The translations under genes were made by a program, and so were the position numbers. A DNA stretch of 64,000 nt from Candidatus Bathyarchaeota archaeon (GTDB taxonomy: Archaea > Thermoproteota > Bathyarchaeia > Bathyarchaeales > Bathycorpusculaceae): assembly GCA_963828195.1 (NCBI GenBank), contig CAWHDT010000001.1, forward strand, positions 64,001 to 128,000. The letters are read 5' to 3'. Below, in pieces: positions 28,555-38,138 of this stretch (positions are counted from its first letter, which is position 1; every line of letters starts with the position of its first letter). Below the pieces are notes generated by a model. It worked only from the letters and a program-made list of their open reading frames with translations. It did not search any database and was not told where the DNA came from.

Positions 28555-29721
28555 TTATACCAGCGATGCTACCAAAGCTATCGCTCTTGCCGCAGTATCT
28601 AAATCCAGCTTGCCCGTATTCAAAACCAAATCGTAAATCGCTGGGTCTTCCCAATCAAGGTTGTAAGATCTCTGCAGGTATTCAGCCGACGCTTTGTCAT
28701 TGTCTTCAATCAACTTTAAAGCGTCTTCTTGACTTAAATTTCCGCTCTTCATAATTCTTTTAACCCTAACTGCCGTGGGAGCAACTATTCTCACGTGAAG
28801 GGCACCTACCTTATTCTTCAATATCGCTTGTCCACCGCGTCCTACAATAACCGTTTTTCCTCGGCTAGCCAAATTATTGATAACCGTTTGAATTACGGAG
28901 AGGCATTCCTCCTCGTCAAGGTTTTTTCTGATTTGCACATTGTCTTTCAAGTTCTGGGAATCAATGATAGTCGTCTTGCGAAGCAAAATTTTATCCACGA
29001 TACTCTTAACTTTATAAGTGTCTTCACAAAAATCCGCGATTTCTTCCTCAGATACACCTAGGCTTTTGCCTACACTTACCATCAAACTCTTATCGAAATA
29101 AGCGCAATCAAGAATTTTGCTGACTTTTAAGGCAATTTCGTCTCCGCCGCTGCCCACCTGCCTCGAAACCGTTATGATGGTAGGCACGACTGTTTCCACT
29201 TTTTCCTCCGACGTAGCCTGTGCTAAAACTTTTTTTATTTCCTGGTAATTTGGCTCAACCGTCGGCTTCTCGGCAATCCAGGTGTAACGCACAAAGCCGT
29301 TTTCGTCAAGGATGAAGATTGAGCGTTTAGCTATCGGGTAACAGCCACTTCCCCAGCGGCAGGCACTTGATTCACCCTCTTGCCCACTTAAATCGGGCAC
29401 TTCGAGCCCGTATGCTTCGATGACTTCGTGCTTGTGATCGCTAAGTATTGGGAAGGTAAGCATGTTTTTCTTGGCAAGGCCCTTATTTGCAGAAGGAACG
29501 TTTATGTCTATTCCGACGATTTGAGCGTTCAAATCAATTAGCTGCCCCACCGAATCTCGAAACTCACATATCTCTTTAGTGCAATTTGAAGTAAAAGCTC
29601 CAACAAAGAAAACTAACACGACTTTTTGCCCTAAAAACTCTTTGAGACTTCTGGTTCTTTTGTTAACATCGGGCAAATTGAAGTCGGGCGCCTTGTCTCC
29701 AATTTTAACTTTATTTACCAT
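28555..29721 (-). CDS. Peroxiredoxin (BCP/PrxQ-like) fused to cytidylate-kinase-like domain
   Basis: APDFNL, GAFTSNCTKEIC, KRSIFILD; then ITVSRQVGSGG, VIVGRGG, YDLVLNT. Confidence 0.82.
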   Translation of the reverse strand: MVNKVKIGDKAPDFNLPDVNKRTRSLKEFLGQKVVLVFFVGAFTSNCTKEICEFRDSVGQLIDLNAQIVGIDINVPSANKGLAKKNMLTFPILSDHKHEVIEAYGLEVPDLSGQEGESSACRWGSGCYPIAKRSIFILDENGFVRYTWIAEKPTVEPNYQEIKKVLAQATSEEKVETVVPTIITVSRQVGSGGDEIALKVSKILDCAYFDKSLMVSVGKSLGVSEEEIADFCEDTYKVKSIVDKILLRKTTIIDSQNLKDNVQIRKNLDEEECLSVIQTVINNLASRGKTVIVGRGGQAILKNKVGALHVRIVAPTAVRVKRIMKSGNLSQEDALKLIEDNDKASAEYLQRSYNLDWEDPAIYDLVLNTGKLDLDTAARAIALVASLV

Positions 29722-29834
29722 AAAAACTAGCCCGTCTAGAATTATAAGATACCCGCTTGTATAAACATAGTGCTAGCGGAAATAAGCCACTTTCGCTAAG
29801 TCTAATTAGTTTTCTCTAACTGGTTTTTGTTGTT

Positions 29835-30788
29835 TTAGTTAAGTGTTGAGTAAATCTTAAGAAGCTTCTGAACAAGAACGGGAGCTGAATGGGCGGCGTT
29901 TACAAAGTCAAGTTGTTCCTTTACTCTGGTTTCTTTTTCGTTTTGGTTGCTGAGAAGTTTTTGGATTATTTCTGCGGTTGCCGCGGGGTCTTTTAGCTCT
30001 TCCAATGGAATTGAAGGAAAATATTTGTTCGATACGGAGTGGACGACTGGGCGCCCGCACGCCATGGCTTCGATCGCTATGGTATCTAAATGTTCACGGC
30101 CAACGGCGAAGCTTCCTAAAACCAAGTCGCTTTCCCAGAACAATTCATTCATCGAGCCATGAGGAACTTTGCTGATAAAATCAATGTCCAGCTTTAGCTC
30201 TTTTGCAAGCTGCTTTGTTTTCTCCAGATCTCTGCCGGCGTTAAAGGTTTTGACCTTAATCTTTTCAGGAACAAATGAAACCGCCCGCAGCAACTTGTCG
30301 GTGCCTTTTACGTTAAAGTCAGGGACCGATGCCAGAAAAACTTGGTATTCGGGTCTTTTTTCGGCTAATGCTTTGGGATAAAAGATTTCGGGGTCGAATG
30401 GTATGGGAAAGTATTCTGCGGTTTCGTTGTATTCTTTTGCAGTGCTAAGAACTGTAGGCTGGGCTACAATTATTTTGTTGCAGCTCTTTAAATTGCTTTT
30501 AACGATTCTGCCCCATTTTCGGCTTTGCAATGTTTCACGCAGGTCGCTTCCATGCGCGTGGCCGACGAGAGGTTTCTTGCCTAAGTGCGAGGCGATGTAG
30601 CAGTCCTGAAGCAGATAGTGAACGTGGTACAAGTCGCCTTTGGCCCTGAGAATCTTGTAGGATATGCCAAAAGTTTTGTTCCAGAGCCCCCTGGTCCTTT
30701 TGATATGCTGCTTTTCAATGTCTGCTGGAAAATATTTCAGCAATGTTTCTCCGACGTAAGCGCAATCGTTAATCATTACGACTTTCAT
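29835..30788 (-). CDS. Glycosyltransferase family 4
   Basis: HAHGSD, VKGTD, IEAMACGRPV. Confidence 0.87.
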   Translation of the reverse strand: MKVVMINDCAYVGETLLKYFPADIEKQHIKRTRGLWNKTFGISYKILRAKGDLYHVHYLLQDCYIASHLGKKPLVGHAHGSDLRETLQSRKWGRIVKSNLKSCNKIIVAQPTVLSTAKEYNETAEYFPIPFDPEIFYPKALAEKRPEYQVFLASVPDFNVKGTDKLLRAVSFVPEKIKVKTFNAGRDLEKTKQLAKELKLDIDFISKVPHGSMNELFWESDLVLGSFAVGREHLDTIAIEAMACGRPVVHSVSNKYFPSIPLEELKDPAATAEIIQKLLSNQNEKETRVKEQLDFVNAAHSAPVLVQKLLKIYSTLN

Positions 30789-30876
30789 GGGGCATCCGAA
30801 CCATCAGCTATCAGTTAAGCAGTTGCTTCTTTTAATTGTAACCTTTTCACCTGGCAAATGCGCATTTGTTTTTTGT

Positions 30877-31758
30877 TCAGGTGCATTCTTTATGGGTGTT
30901 ACCAGTTTTCTTCTCCAGCGCCTCTACTCTTTTTGCAATTTTAGCTATTTCTTTTTGGATGGTCTCGTCTTTAACTTCTTCTTTTCGTTTCTCATTAGAC
31001 TCTAAAATCAGACGCAAAAACTCCGAGTCGTAAACCGACAGCAGCAATTCAGTGTTGGGTATCAAGCAGTGCCCGCCGATTACACCTGGAAACATAACAG
31101 GCCTATCGAACCTTACAAGATGAGTGTCCTCAAGAAAATCAACGGCTTCGTCGAAGTCAGCGCCAAAAGCCCTTGAAATGCGGTGCATCTCTTGAAAACA
31201 CGCAATCATCCAGGCACGGTAAGTGGTCTCGAAAAGCTTAGCCAACTCGGTATCCGTAGCGCTTTTAAGAACTTTCACTTTTAAACCTAATTTCTCAAAG
31301 TGCGTCTGAGCAGCCTGCGCAGCAAGCATGTTTGCGCCGCCAACATATTTAGTCCAACGCTTCATTTCCCATTTCATATGCTCAGAACTTGTATGCACGC
31401 CGCGGGATGGCGAATGAGCGACGAGGCACCTGCATTTTTCAGCCACCTTCATAGTGGTTCCAGGCGGAACGGTGCTGTTGATGATTGTGAGTTTTGGCTT
31501 AAACTCTTGAACGTAGCCGACTGTTACGTCTGCGAATTTTTGCTGGCTACTGCAGGGTAGGCAAATATGCATGGTGTCTATTTGAAGGGGAACATTTTTT
31601 CTGTTTTGATTTAGATCCTGCATTTTGGTTTGATCCAAATCCAGGCCGTAAACATCAAAACTGTTTTTGGCATCATTTGTTAATGCAAAAAGGGTATGTC
31701 CGATTTCGCCTAACCCTATAATTAGAACTGTCTCTTTAGCCAAGACGCTTGCCTCCAT
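30877..31758 (-). CDS. UDP-glucose/GDP-mannose dehydrogenase family protein (short form lacking C-terminal domain)
   Basis: IIGLGEIG, INSTVPPGTT, HSP, ELAKLFET, catalytic GGHCLIPN. Confidence 0.87.
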   Translation of the reverse strand: MEASVLAKETVLIIGLGEIGHTLFALTNDAKNSFDVYGLDLDQTKMQDLNQNRKNVPLQIDTMHICLPCSSQQKFADVTVGYVQEFKPKLTIINSTVPPGTTMKVAEKCRCLVAHSPSRGVHTSSEHMKWEMKRWTKYVGGANMLAAQAAQTHFEKLGLKVKVLKSATDTELAKLFETTYRAWMIACFQEMHRISRAFGADFDEAVDFLEDTHLVRFDRPVMFPGVIGGHCLIPNTELLLSVYDSEFLRLILESNEKRKEEVKDETIQKEIAKIAKRVEALEKKTGNTHKECT

Positions 31759-31815
31759 CGTTGGAAAGCAAGTTAATGTTAAACTATTTAAATCTGGAGC
31801 CCGAAAGAACAGTTT

Positions 31816-32334
31816 ATGCTGAACCCTAAAAAAGGCACTGGCATAGTTACAGGCGTCAACGTGGAAATAGGCAAAGACGTTGCCATTTGGAATTACGTTG
31901 TAATAGGCGATAACGCAAAAATCGGCGACGGAACCAGCATAGGCAGCTTCTGCGACATAGGCAAAGATGTGGTTTTAGGCAAAAAATGCAACATACAAGC
32001 CCACGTAACCATCTCAAACGGCTGCATACTGGGCAACAACGTGTTCATCGCCCCTAACAGTTCACTTCTAAACGACAAGTACCCCAAGAGCTCATTCATG
32101 ACACCCCCCATCATCAAAGACAACGTTGCAATCGGCGGAGGCGTCACCATACTGCCAGACGTAACGATAGAGGAGAGCGCTGTGATTGGCGGAGGAAGCG
32201 TCGTCACCAAAAACGTTCCGCCGAGAACCGTCTTATCTGGCGTTCCAGCAAAGGTAGTTATGACGTTAAAAGAATATGAAGAAAAACGCGGCAAGTTCAT
32301 CACATCAAGGATTGGGTGGATAACGGATAAATGA
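31816..32334 (+). CDS. Hexapeptide-repeat N-acetyltransferase (WbpD-like)
   Basis: Left-handed beta-helix repeats, VFIAP..LLNDKYP, GGGSVVTKNVP..GVPAK. Confidence 0.88.
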   Translation: MLNPKKGTGIVTGVNVEIGKDVAIWNYVVIGDNAKIGDGTSIGSFCDIGKDVVLGKKCNIQAHVTISNGCILGNNVFIAPNSSLLNDKYPKSSFMTPPIIKDNVAIGGGVTILPDVTIEESAVIGGGSVVTKNVPPRTVLSGVPAKVVMTLKEYEEKRGKFITSRIGWITDK

Positions 32335-33314
32335 AAATATGGTATGACGCCTGCACCGGCAAACATGTCAGGTATGGCACAGCTATTGCACAGCGTCTAA
32401 GAAAAGCGGGGCACGAATTTGTTTTTACGACACGTGAGCACCCGGACACCTTGCCTTTGGCTGAGATTCTCGGTGAAAAACCCATCGTAGTGGGCAAATA
32501 CAACCCCTCAACGCTTTTTTCGAGGCTGGAAGAGAGCGCTGAACGAATAATAGAGTTTTCTAGGCTCTTTAAAGACGATCCGCCGGACATCGCCATAGCG
32601 CATCAATCGGTTGAGCTTTGCCGAACAGCCTTCGGTCTAGGAATCCCAATAATCTTGACAGCCGACACCCCTTACGCCGCAGCCGTTAACAGGCTAACAA
32701 TACCGTTCGCGCACACCGTGGTCGTGTCTGAGGCTTTGCCTAAGCGTTTTGTAGCGGAATATTGCGCGAAAAGTTTTGTCCAATTCAAAGGAGTGGACGA
32801 GGTTGCCTGGATCAAGGGTTTTAAGCCTTGCAAACTCGAGGAATTAAAGAAGCCCCTGATAGTTATTCGACAAATCGAAGTTAAAGCAGCCTATGCAGGG
32901 GGAAAGCTAGACGCGGGTCGAGTCCTTGCAGATAAGCTCGCCAAGTTGGGAAATGTGCGTTTTGTCCAAAGATACAACCCTCAAGGCAAAACGTTCGGAG
33001 TTAAAGAAGGCTTTGTGGATTCAGCAAGTTTGGTCGCGAATGCAGATTTGGTTGTCAGCTACGGAGGAACCATCGCGAGGGAAGCCGCTCTCCAAGGCGT
33101 ACCCAGCATAGCTATTTCGGATATGGCTAAAACCTATGTTAACACGTACCTAACAAAGAAGGGCTTTCCGCTTTTTGCCACAACAGAGCAAGGAGTACTC
33201 AGGTACGCAAAGAAATATCTGGGCAAACGATTTAACGTGGAAAGTGAACTTGCAAAGCTAGAGAACCCGGTTGATGCAATCGAAAAAATCGTTGACAGCC
33301 TCAAGCCTCTGTAA
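32331..33314 (+). CDS. DUF354 family protein (GT-B fold)
   Basis: MKIWYD..KH, TTRE, GVDE, YGGTIAREAALQGVPSI; 4-nt overlap with upstream gene. Confidence 0.85.
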   Translation: MKIWYDACTGKHVRYGTAIAQRLRKAGHEFVFTTREHPDTLPLAEILGEKPIVVGKYNPSTLFSRLEESAERIIEFSRLFKDDPPDIAIAHQSVELCRTAFGLGIPIILTADTPYAAAVNRLTIPFAHTVVVSEALPKRFVAEYCAKSFVQFKGVDEVAWIKGFKPCKLEELKKPLIVIRQIEVKAAYAGGKLDAGRVLADKLAKLGNVRFVQRYNPQGKTFGVKEGFVDSASLVANADLVVSYGGTIAREAALQGVPSIAISDMAKTYVNTYLTKKGFPLFATTEQGVLRYAKKYLGKRFNVESELAKLENPVDAIEKIVDSLKPL

Positions 33315-34080
33315 CAACGATTCTGTCTCCAGGTTTCGCATGAAACTTTTCCGCCGCGTTGCCTTGGTTTAGAGCTATCTCCAAGAACCCATGGCTGCCA
33401 ATCAGAGCTAAAGGTTCTTTAAGTTTTGTTTCGCTGTAGGTTTTGCCAAACGTAAGTTTTAGGGAAATATTAGGTAAATCTACGGTGATTTTTTCAGCCG
33501 GTTTCTGAACCAAGGTTTGTTCGGTTATGTTGGTTATTATGTTGCCAAATCCGTCTACGTGAATGACCTCGCCGATCAGAGAGGAATCTGTTTGCTTGAC
33601 TGAGGCAAATTCTGGTTTGGTCACGTCTTTTATTTCTGGTCCAAAATCTTTTGGTTGCGCTCCTTCATCTAAATGAGCTGCCGCCGGCGCAAAAATGTCT
33701 CTGCCGTGGAACGTGCTGGAGATTTTAGCCTGCATAAACGTGTGATTTGTAATTTGGTAAACGTGTACTATGCCCTGATTTTGTGCTGCTAAAATCAAGA
33801 TTCCGTTGTCTGGTCCAACAAAAAGGCTCTGCTTAGTCTGCACTATTACGGCTCGTCTATGCGTGCCAACCCCCGGGTCAACAACTGCCAAGTGAACCGT
33901 GCCCTCTGGAAAATACGGCGCAGCTGACGCCAATATAAAAGCAGCCATTCGAACGTCAAACTTTTCAACTTCGTGTGTTATGTCGATCAACGTTGCTTTT
34001 GGGTTTATAGTTAAAATTACCCCTTTCATCTCAGCAACGTAAGGGTCCTTTAATCCAAAGTCACTAGTCAAAGTTATCAT
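33301..34080 (-). CDS. SAM hydroxide adenosyltransferase (DUF62, chlorinase/fluorinase family)
   Basis: TSDFG.KDPYV, VVDPGVGT.R, GPDNG, STFHGRDIFAP, VDGFGN; ATG 34080 just after the SAMP stop. Confidence 0.92.
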   Translation of the reverse strand: MITLTSDFGLKDPYVAEMKGVILTINPKATLIDITHEVEKFDVRMAAFILASAAPYFPEGTVHLAVVDPGVGTHRRAVIVQTKQSLFVGPDNGILILAAQNQGIVHVYQITNHTFMQAKISSTFHGRDIFAPAAAHLDEGAQPKDFGPEIKDVTKPEFASVKQTDSSLIGEVIHVDGFGNIITNITEQTLVQKPAEKITVDLPNISLKLTFGKTYSETKLKEPLALIGSHGFLEIALNQGNAAEKFHAKPGDRIVVTEA

Positions 34081-34084
34081 TGCG

Positions 34085-34366
34085 TCAACCGCCATGAACA
34101 ACCGGGATAAAGACGATTTCGTCTCCATCATTCAATTTGGTTTCTACGCCGTTTAAAACACTGATTTCCCTGCCATTAATGAGAACCAGAGTGTTTGATC
34201 TTGAATCGCCAAGTGGGTCGCTGAAGGTTTTGTCGAGCAGAGGCATTTCTCGGCTGATTTTTGTTATTAAATCTTTTAGCGAAAGATTTTCTTGGAAGTT
34301 AACTGTTAATTGTGTTTTTCCCGAAATTTGCCGAAGTGCACCGACGAACTTTAACGTAAAGGGCAT
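34085..34366 (-). CDS. MoaD/ThiS/SAMP ubiquitin-like sulfur carrier
   Basis: VLINGRE..LNG.ETKLNDGDEIVFIPVVHGG, C-terminal GG. Confidence 0.93.
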   Translation of the reverse strand: MPFTLKFVGALRQISGKTQLTVNFQENLSLKDLITKISREMPLLDKTFSDPLGDSRSNTLVLINGREISVLNGVETKLNDGDEIVFIPVVHGG

Positions 34367-34433
34367 TTGCTTTCTTACTCAAACCTATAGAATCACTTTG
34401 CGTTAAAATTGTTTCTGCACTTTTTAATTTGAT

Positions 34434-34811
34434 TTAGAAGTTTTGGAATCTTTCTTCTGTTAAAGTCTCCACAATGTCAGTTGCCATTTCAACAATGGAA
34501 TCTGCCTGCTTCATCATCGCGTCACTGTTAACTTCTTCTAACTGCGATATTTGCTGGATGATGCTTTCGAGCTCCATGAGAAAACGCAGAATCGAATCGT
34601 TGGTTATCGGGTTTTTCGTTACTTCTTCGCGAAGCAATATTTCTATGAAAGCGGGTTCGCCTAAACTGTAGTAGATGGCGTTTCTTGCTTTTCGGATTGC
34701 TTCCAAAACCAAACCGGGCGCCATATAAGGTATTTTTCTCGCTGCTTCCAACTCGGCTTTTGCTTCACGCAGGTACCTAAGCGCCCAGCCCTTTCTATAC
34801 CCGTCCATCAT
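34434..34811 (-). CDS. Helical hypothetical protein, HEPN-like N-terminus
   Basis: WALRYLREAKAELEAA..EAIRKARNAIYY resembles HEPN helices; no clear RxxxxH. Confidence 0.6.
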   Translation of the reverse strand: MMDGYRKGWALRYLREAKAELEAARKIPYMAPGLVLEAIRKARNAIYYSLGEPAFIEILLREEVTKNPITNDSILRFLMELESIIQQISQLEEVNSDAMMKQADSIVEMATDIVETLTEERFQNF

Positions 34812-34836
34812 GTGGTTTCTTATCCTAAAAGCACTT

Positions 34837-35073
34837 TTACTCTGAGTCGTCGTCTTCTTCCATTTCGGAATCATTCGCGGAGCCAGATTGAGCTAATGCT
34901 AACGTACGCGTTATGTATCCGGCAATCTGATTTCTCACTCGCGTGGTTGTTCCCTGCGTTAAAGAGTCAACTGAACGCTTGTTTTCGTCAAAGTTGGTGG
35001 TAAATTTAGTTGGAAAACGGCTCATGAGCGCTTTGCCTGTTCGTTTAACCTGATCGGTCTTAACTTTTCCCAA
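34837..35073 (-). CDS. rps17e: 30S ribosomal protein S17e
   Basis: MGKVKT..VKR, FTTNFDENK, VRNQIAGYITR. Confidence 0.96.
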   Translation of the reverse strand: MGKVKTDQVKRTGKALMSRFPTKFTTNFDENKRSVDSLTQGTTTRVRNQIAGYITRTLALAQSGSANDSEMEEDDDSE

Positions 35074-35217
35074 ATTTCAATTCCCCTGGTCATCAATGTT
35101 TTAGTGTCCGACGCTTGAAAACGTAGGAGCAAGTCTCAATAGAGGTGAGGCTTAATTTAAGTTTACGCCTACTAACCGACTTTTAAGCGAACGATAAGTT
35201 TTTTGAGCGGATGAAAT

Positions 35218-35994
35218 TTAGTCAGTTAGGCTTATGTTAAAGAAAACTTGGAAGTTTTTGGCTATTTGCTCGGCAACATCCACATCCTGCATTTTCTTGA
35301 TTTCAGCCACAGCTGCCACCACGCTTCGTATGAATGAAGGCTTAGTTAATTGTCCATTGTAGGGGCTTTTCCAATACGTCACGGGACCATCAGTTTCCGT
35401 TAAAAGGTTCGTCAAAGGCACCTTCTCAATAACCTCGCGGATGCCGCTAGAATAGGTTGCTGGCGGGCCCTCAGAGATAGAATAGCCGTTGTCCACAGCT
35501 TTTTTCAGCGCGGTTATTGGGTAGCTGAACCAATGAAGCAGAACCCCCTTAAGACGATAAGAGGGAAGCATATCTACTATTTTGTCGGTTGTTCCGCGCG
35601 AATGTATAATGGCTGGAAGGTCAAGGGATTCAGCGAGATGAAGCATTTTGTCGAAAACCAGCGTTTGCTTTTCCCATATGGTCTCATACTTGTTGTCTAA
35701 GCCGATTTCACCGATCGCTTTAACGGTGTTTTTGTGTTTTCTGATTAAATCGATAGCTGCTTCAAGTTCGTTTTCCTTAAGAACATTGACATTCGATGGG
35801 TGAATCCCTAAAGCAGGATAGACCAAGTTAGGATATTTTTCGGCTAAGTTAAGGTCGCTTTGGCAAGTTTTAAAATCCATCGAATTCGTAACAAGCGCTG
35901 CTACGCCCGCGTTTTTCGCATCAACTATCAACTCATCAATATGACCAACGTACCCAGCATCTGATAGGTGAACATGCGCGTCGATTAACTTCAT
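35218..35994 (-). CDS. tatD: TatD family deoxyribonuclease
   Basis: IDAHVH, GIHP, IGEIGLD, IIHSR, LLHWF, LTETDGP. Confidence 0.93.
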   Translation of the reverse strand: MKLIDAHVHLSDAGYVGHIDELIVDAKNAGVAALVTNSMDFKTCQSDLNLAEKYPNLVYPALGIHPSNVNVLKENELEAAIDLIRKHKNTVKAIGEIGLDNKYETIWEKQTLVFDKMLHLAESLDLPAIIHSRGTTDKIVDMLPSYRLKGVLLHWFSYPITALKKAVDNGYSISEGPPATYSSGIREVIEKVPLTNLLTETDGPVTYWKSPYNGQLTKPSFIRSVVAAVAEIKKMQDVDVAEQIAKNFQVFFNISLTD

Positions 35995-36182
35995 TTTTCT
36001 CAGCCTATATTCAGGTTGAACGTTTTTATAATTTTCTTTTTCAATAACGCTGTGATTTTAATTTTTTTCCAATTTGTCTCATTATTAGCGCGTATACTAA
36101 TCAAAGATACAGAGTGTTAAATTATGTAAAACAATAAAGTTACATATAAAAAGCAGCTAAATTAAATATTGGTGCTTTTTGA

Positions 36183-36401
36183 ATGAGTGAAAAACAATTT
36201 TATGCAAGCAGCAACCAGATGGTTGCAATAATTCTCGATATTTTAGGAATAATATTAGTGCTTGTTGGAGCAACAATTGCGCGTGCCCATTCAGGTACAG
36301 GAGTAGGCGTTGGCCTATATTGGGTAGGTTTTGTCCTGCTAATTGTGGCTCTGATACTGTTTGTGTGGAACATGAGAAAACCCTCCATGGAAAAGACTTA
36401 G
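36183..36401 (+). CDS. Small two-TM membrane protein
   Basis: Two hydrophobic stretches; TATA-like tatataaa at about 36145; T-tract terminator downstream. Confidence 0.65.
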   Translation: MSEKQFYASSNQMVAIILDILGIILVLVGATIARAHSGTGVGVGLYWVGFVLLIVALILFVWNMRKPSMEKT

Positions 36402-36664
36402 CGCAAAATTTTTACAAACAGAAAAAGTTTCTATTTTTTTTCTTTTTGTATTGAGCAATCGCTGATTATTTCATCGGTCTGTAAGATTTTTGAAGACGAA
36501 TTCTTTCATCAGTCAACTTGGAACCTTAGTCTTCTTCCTAAAAATTCAAGGTAAACTTTTTTTTACCTTCAGTAACAGCGTGTTTAGACGCTTTTTGGTT
36601 GTACTTTGAACCGCAAAGCCTAAATATTGCTTTAAAAAGAAAAAGAAGCTAAGGAGTTGTCGTT

Positions 36665-36886
36665 ATGACTGAATTAGAAATAGCTGTAGCTCCCATGCAC
36701 AGATTATGTAAAAAAGCTGGTGCAGATAGGGTTAGCGAAGCAGCAGCAAAGGAACTTGCAAAAGCACTTGAAGAAATAGGCGTTAAAATTGCGAAAGAAG
36801 CATTAGATTACGCCATGCATGCAGGAAGAAAAACCATAAAAGCAGAAGATATAGAAATCGCCGCTAGAAAAGTCATGGGAAAATAG
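36665..36886 (+). CDS. Archaeal histone (HMf type)
   Basis: [28 protein letters not shown]; GGAG Shine-Dalgarno upstream. Confidence 0.96.
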   Translation: MTELEIAVAPMHRLCKKAGADRVSEAAAKELAKALEEIGVKIAKEALDYAMHAGRKTIKAEDIEIAARKVMGK

Positions 36887-37026
36887 TAACCTAATAACTC
36901 AAGTTCTCTCTCCCTTTCTTCTTTTTTGTGTGGTTGTTGCCTTTTTGTGGCTTTGAGGTTTCTGGTTGATTTTTTGAGCTTTTTTGGCGTAGTTTTTTGT
37001 TTGTGGGGTTTTGGCTAGATTTTTAA

Positions 37027-37154
37027 GTTGCGACTTTTGCTACGGGAAAGTTGCGACTTTCAGCCTGGGCTGGTTGCGTTTGGGGTTGCTTTTTTGGTTT
37101 AGGCTTGGGTTCTGCTTTTGCGTTGCGACTTTCGGATGGGCGGAATGCGACTTT
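37027..37154. repeat. Array of GTTGCGACTTT-like motifs with 22-23-bp period
   Basis: Exact copies at 37027, 37050 and 37122; variant AATGCGACTTT at 37144; partial GTTGCG at 37073. Confidence 0.7.
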
Positions 37155-37285
37155 CAATGTTGGCGGCATTGTCGGTTATGGGCGCCCAGGGTTAACTCTG
37201 CCATGTCTGAAGCCGCAGCTTCTTTTTCGCAGACGAATCTAATCATATAATGAAACGGTAGAATCAAGCTTTTGCCGAGCGAATT

Positions 37286-38050
37286 CTAAGCGGTTGCTGA
37301 GGAGTCCCAGAGGAACTGGAAGTATTCTCGCGCGAAACCTATCAAACCCACATGATTACTCCATATTACGAGGGTTGGTTTATCCTCGCCTAGAAAAAGC
37401 ATGGCTTCTTTGCCGTCAGCAATTATGCCGCCGCCGAACATGTGATCTCTAGTTCGCAACTCACTTAAACCAGAGTATTTTTTTAAGAAAATCCAATCGT
37501 CCTTTGTGCCAGCCGCCATAAGCTTAATCCTGACCGTTTTCTTAAGGCCGCTTCCCAGCAGCGGTTCCGCCATGGCGATGACTGGTTTAGCAAATTCTGG
37601 CGCTGCAATCACGATTTCTTTTGTAGCGTTTTTTAGAACCTCTTCAAGCTTACTTAAAACTGCTTGTTGACCCCGCAGTATCAGCATGTCGGGTCGTTCG
37701 ACGAGTTCTCTTTTTTCGTACAGGGGCTGCAGTTCTTGGGCAACCATGTTTTCCCAGTTCAAGTATTTGTCTTCCAGCCGCAACTTCGTGAACCTCGTCG
37801 CCTCAAGCGGTGGCACGGGGTAGTACTTGAACGGTCGGCTTTCGCTGCTTTTAATCCAGCCTTTTTCTTTGAGCAAATTAAGCACTTCATACATTTTGCT
37901 GTAGGGCACTTTGGCTTCTTGACTTATCTCCATCGCCGTCATTTGTCCACCCTCAAGTAAAACTATGTAGGCGTCAATTTCGTAGGCGTTTAATCCCATT
38001 TCACGTAAAGCGGCCCGAGTGTTCTCGTTAATTGACATCTTTCCCCTCAA
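37286..38050 (-). CDS. TrmB/TrmBL family regulator or chromatin protein (start may be ATG 38038)
   Basis: GLNAYEIDAY..L, VPYSKMYEVLNLL..KGW, RPFKY; C-terminal IIADGKE. Confidence 0.9.
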   Translation of the reverse strand: MRGKMSINENTRAALREMGLNAYEIDAYIVLLEGGQMTAMEISQEAKVPYSKMYEVLNLLKEKGWIKSSESRPFKYYPVPPLEATRFTKLRLEDKYLNWENMVAQELQPLYEKRELVERPDMLILRGQQAVLSKLEEVLKNATKEIVIAAPEFAKPVIAMAEPLLGSGLKKTVRIKLMAAGTKDDWIFLKKYSGLSELRTRDHMFGGGIIADGKEAMLFLGEDKPTLVIWSNHVGLIGFAREYFQFLWDSSATA

Positions 38051-38138
38051 TCACCTTAGGAATCGTTTGGAAACCTTATTATCAACACAGTGCTCTTAAG
38101 CACTTCGAAAAAAGCTCACATGTAAGAAGGCTAAAAAA

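Noticed and set aside
37027-37154. CRISPR array
   Set aside because: Repeats are only 11 bp with about 12-bp spacers, and there are no cas genes in the window.
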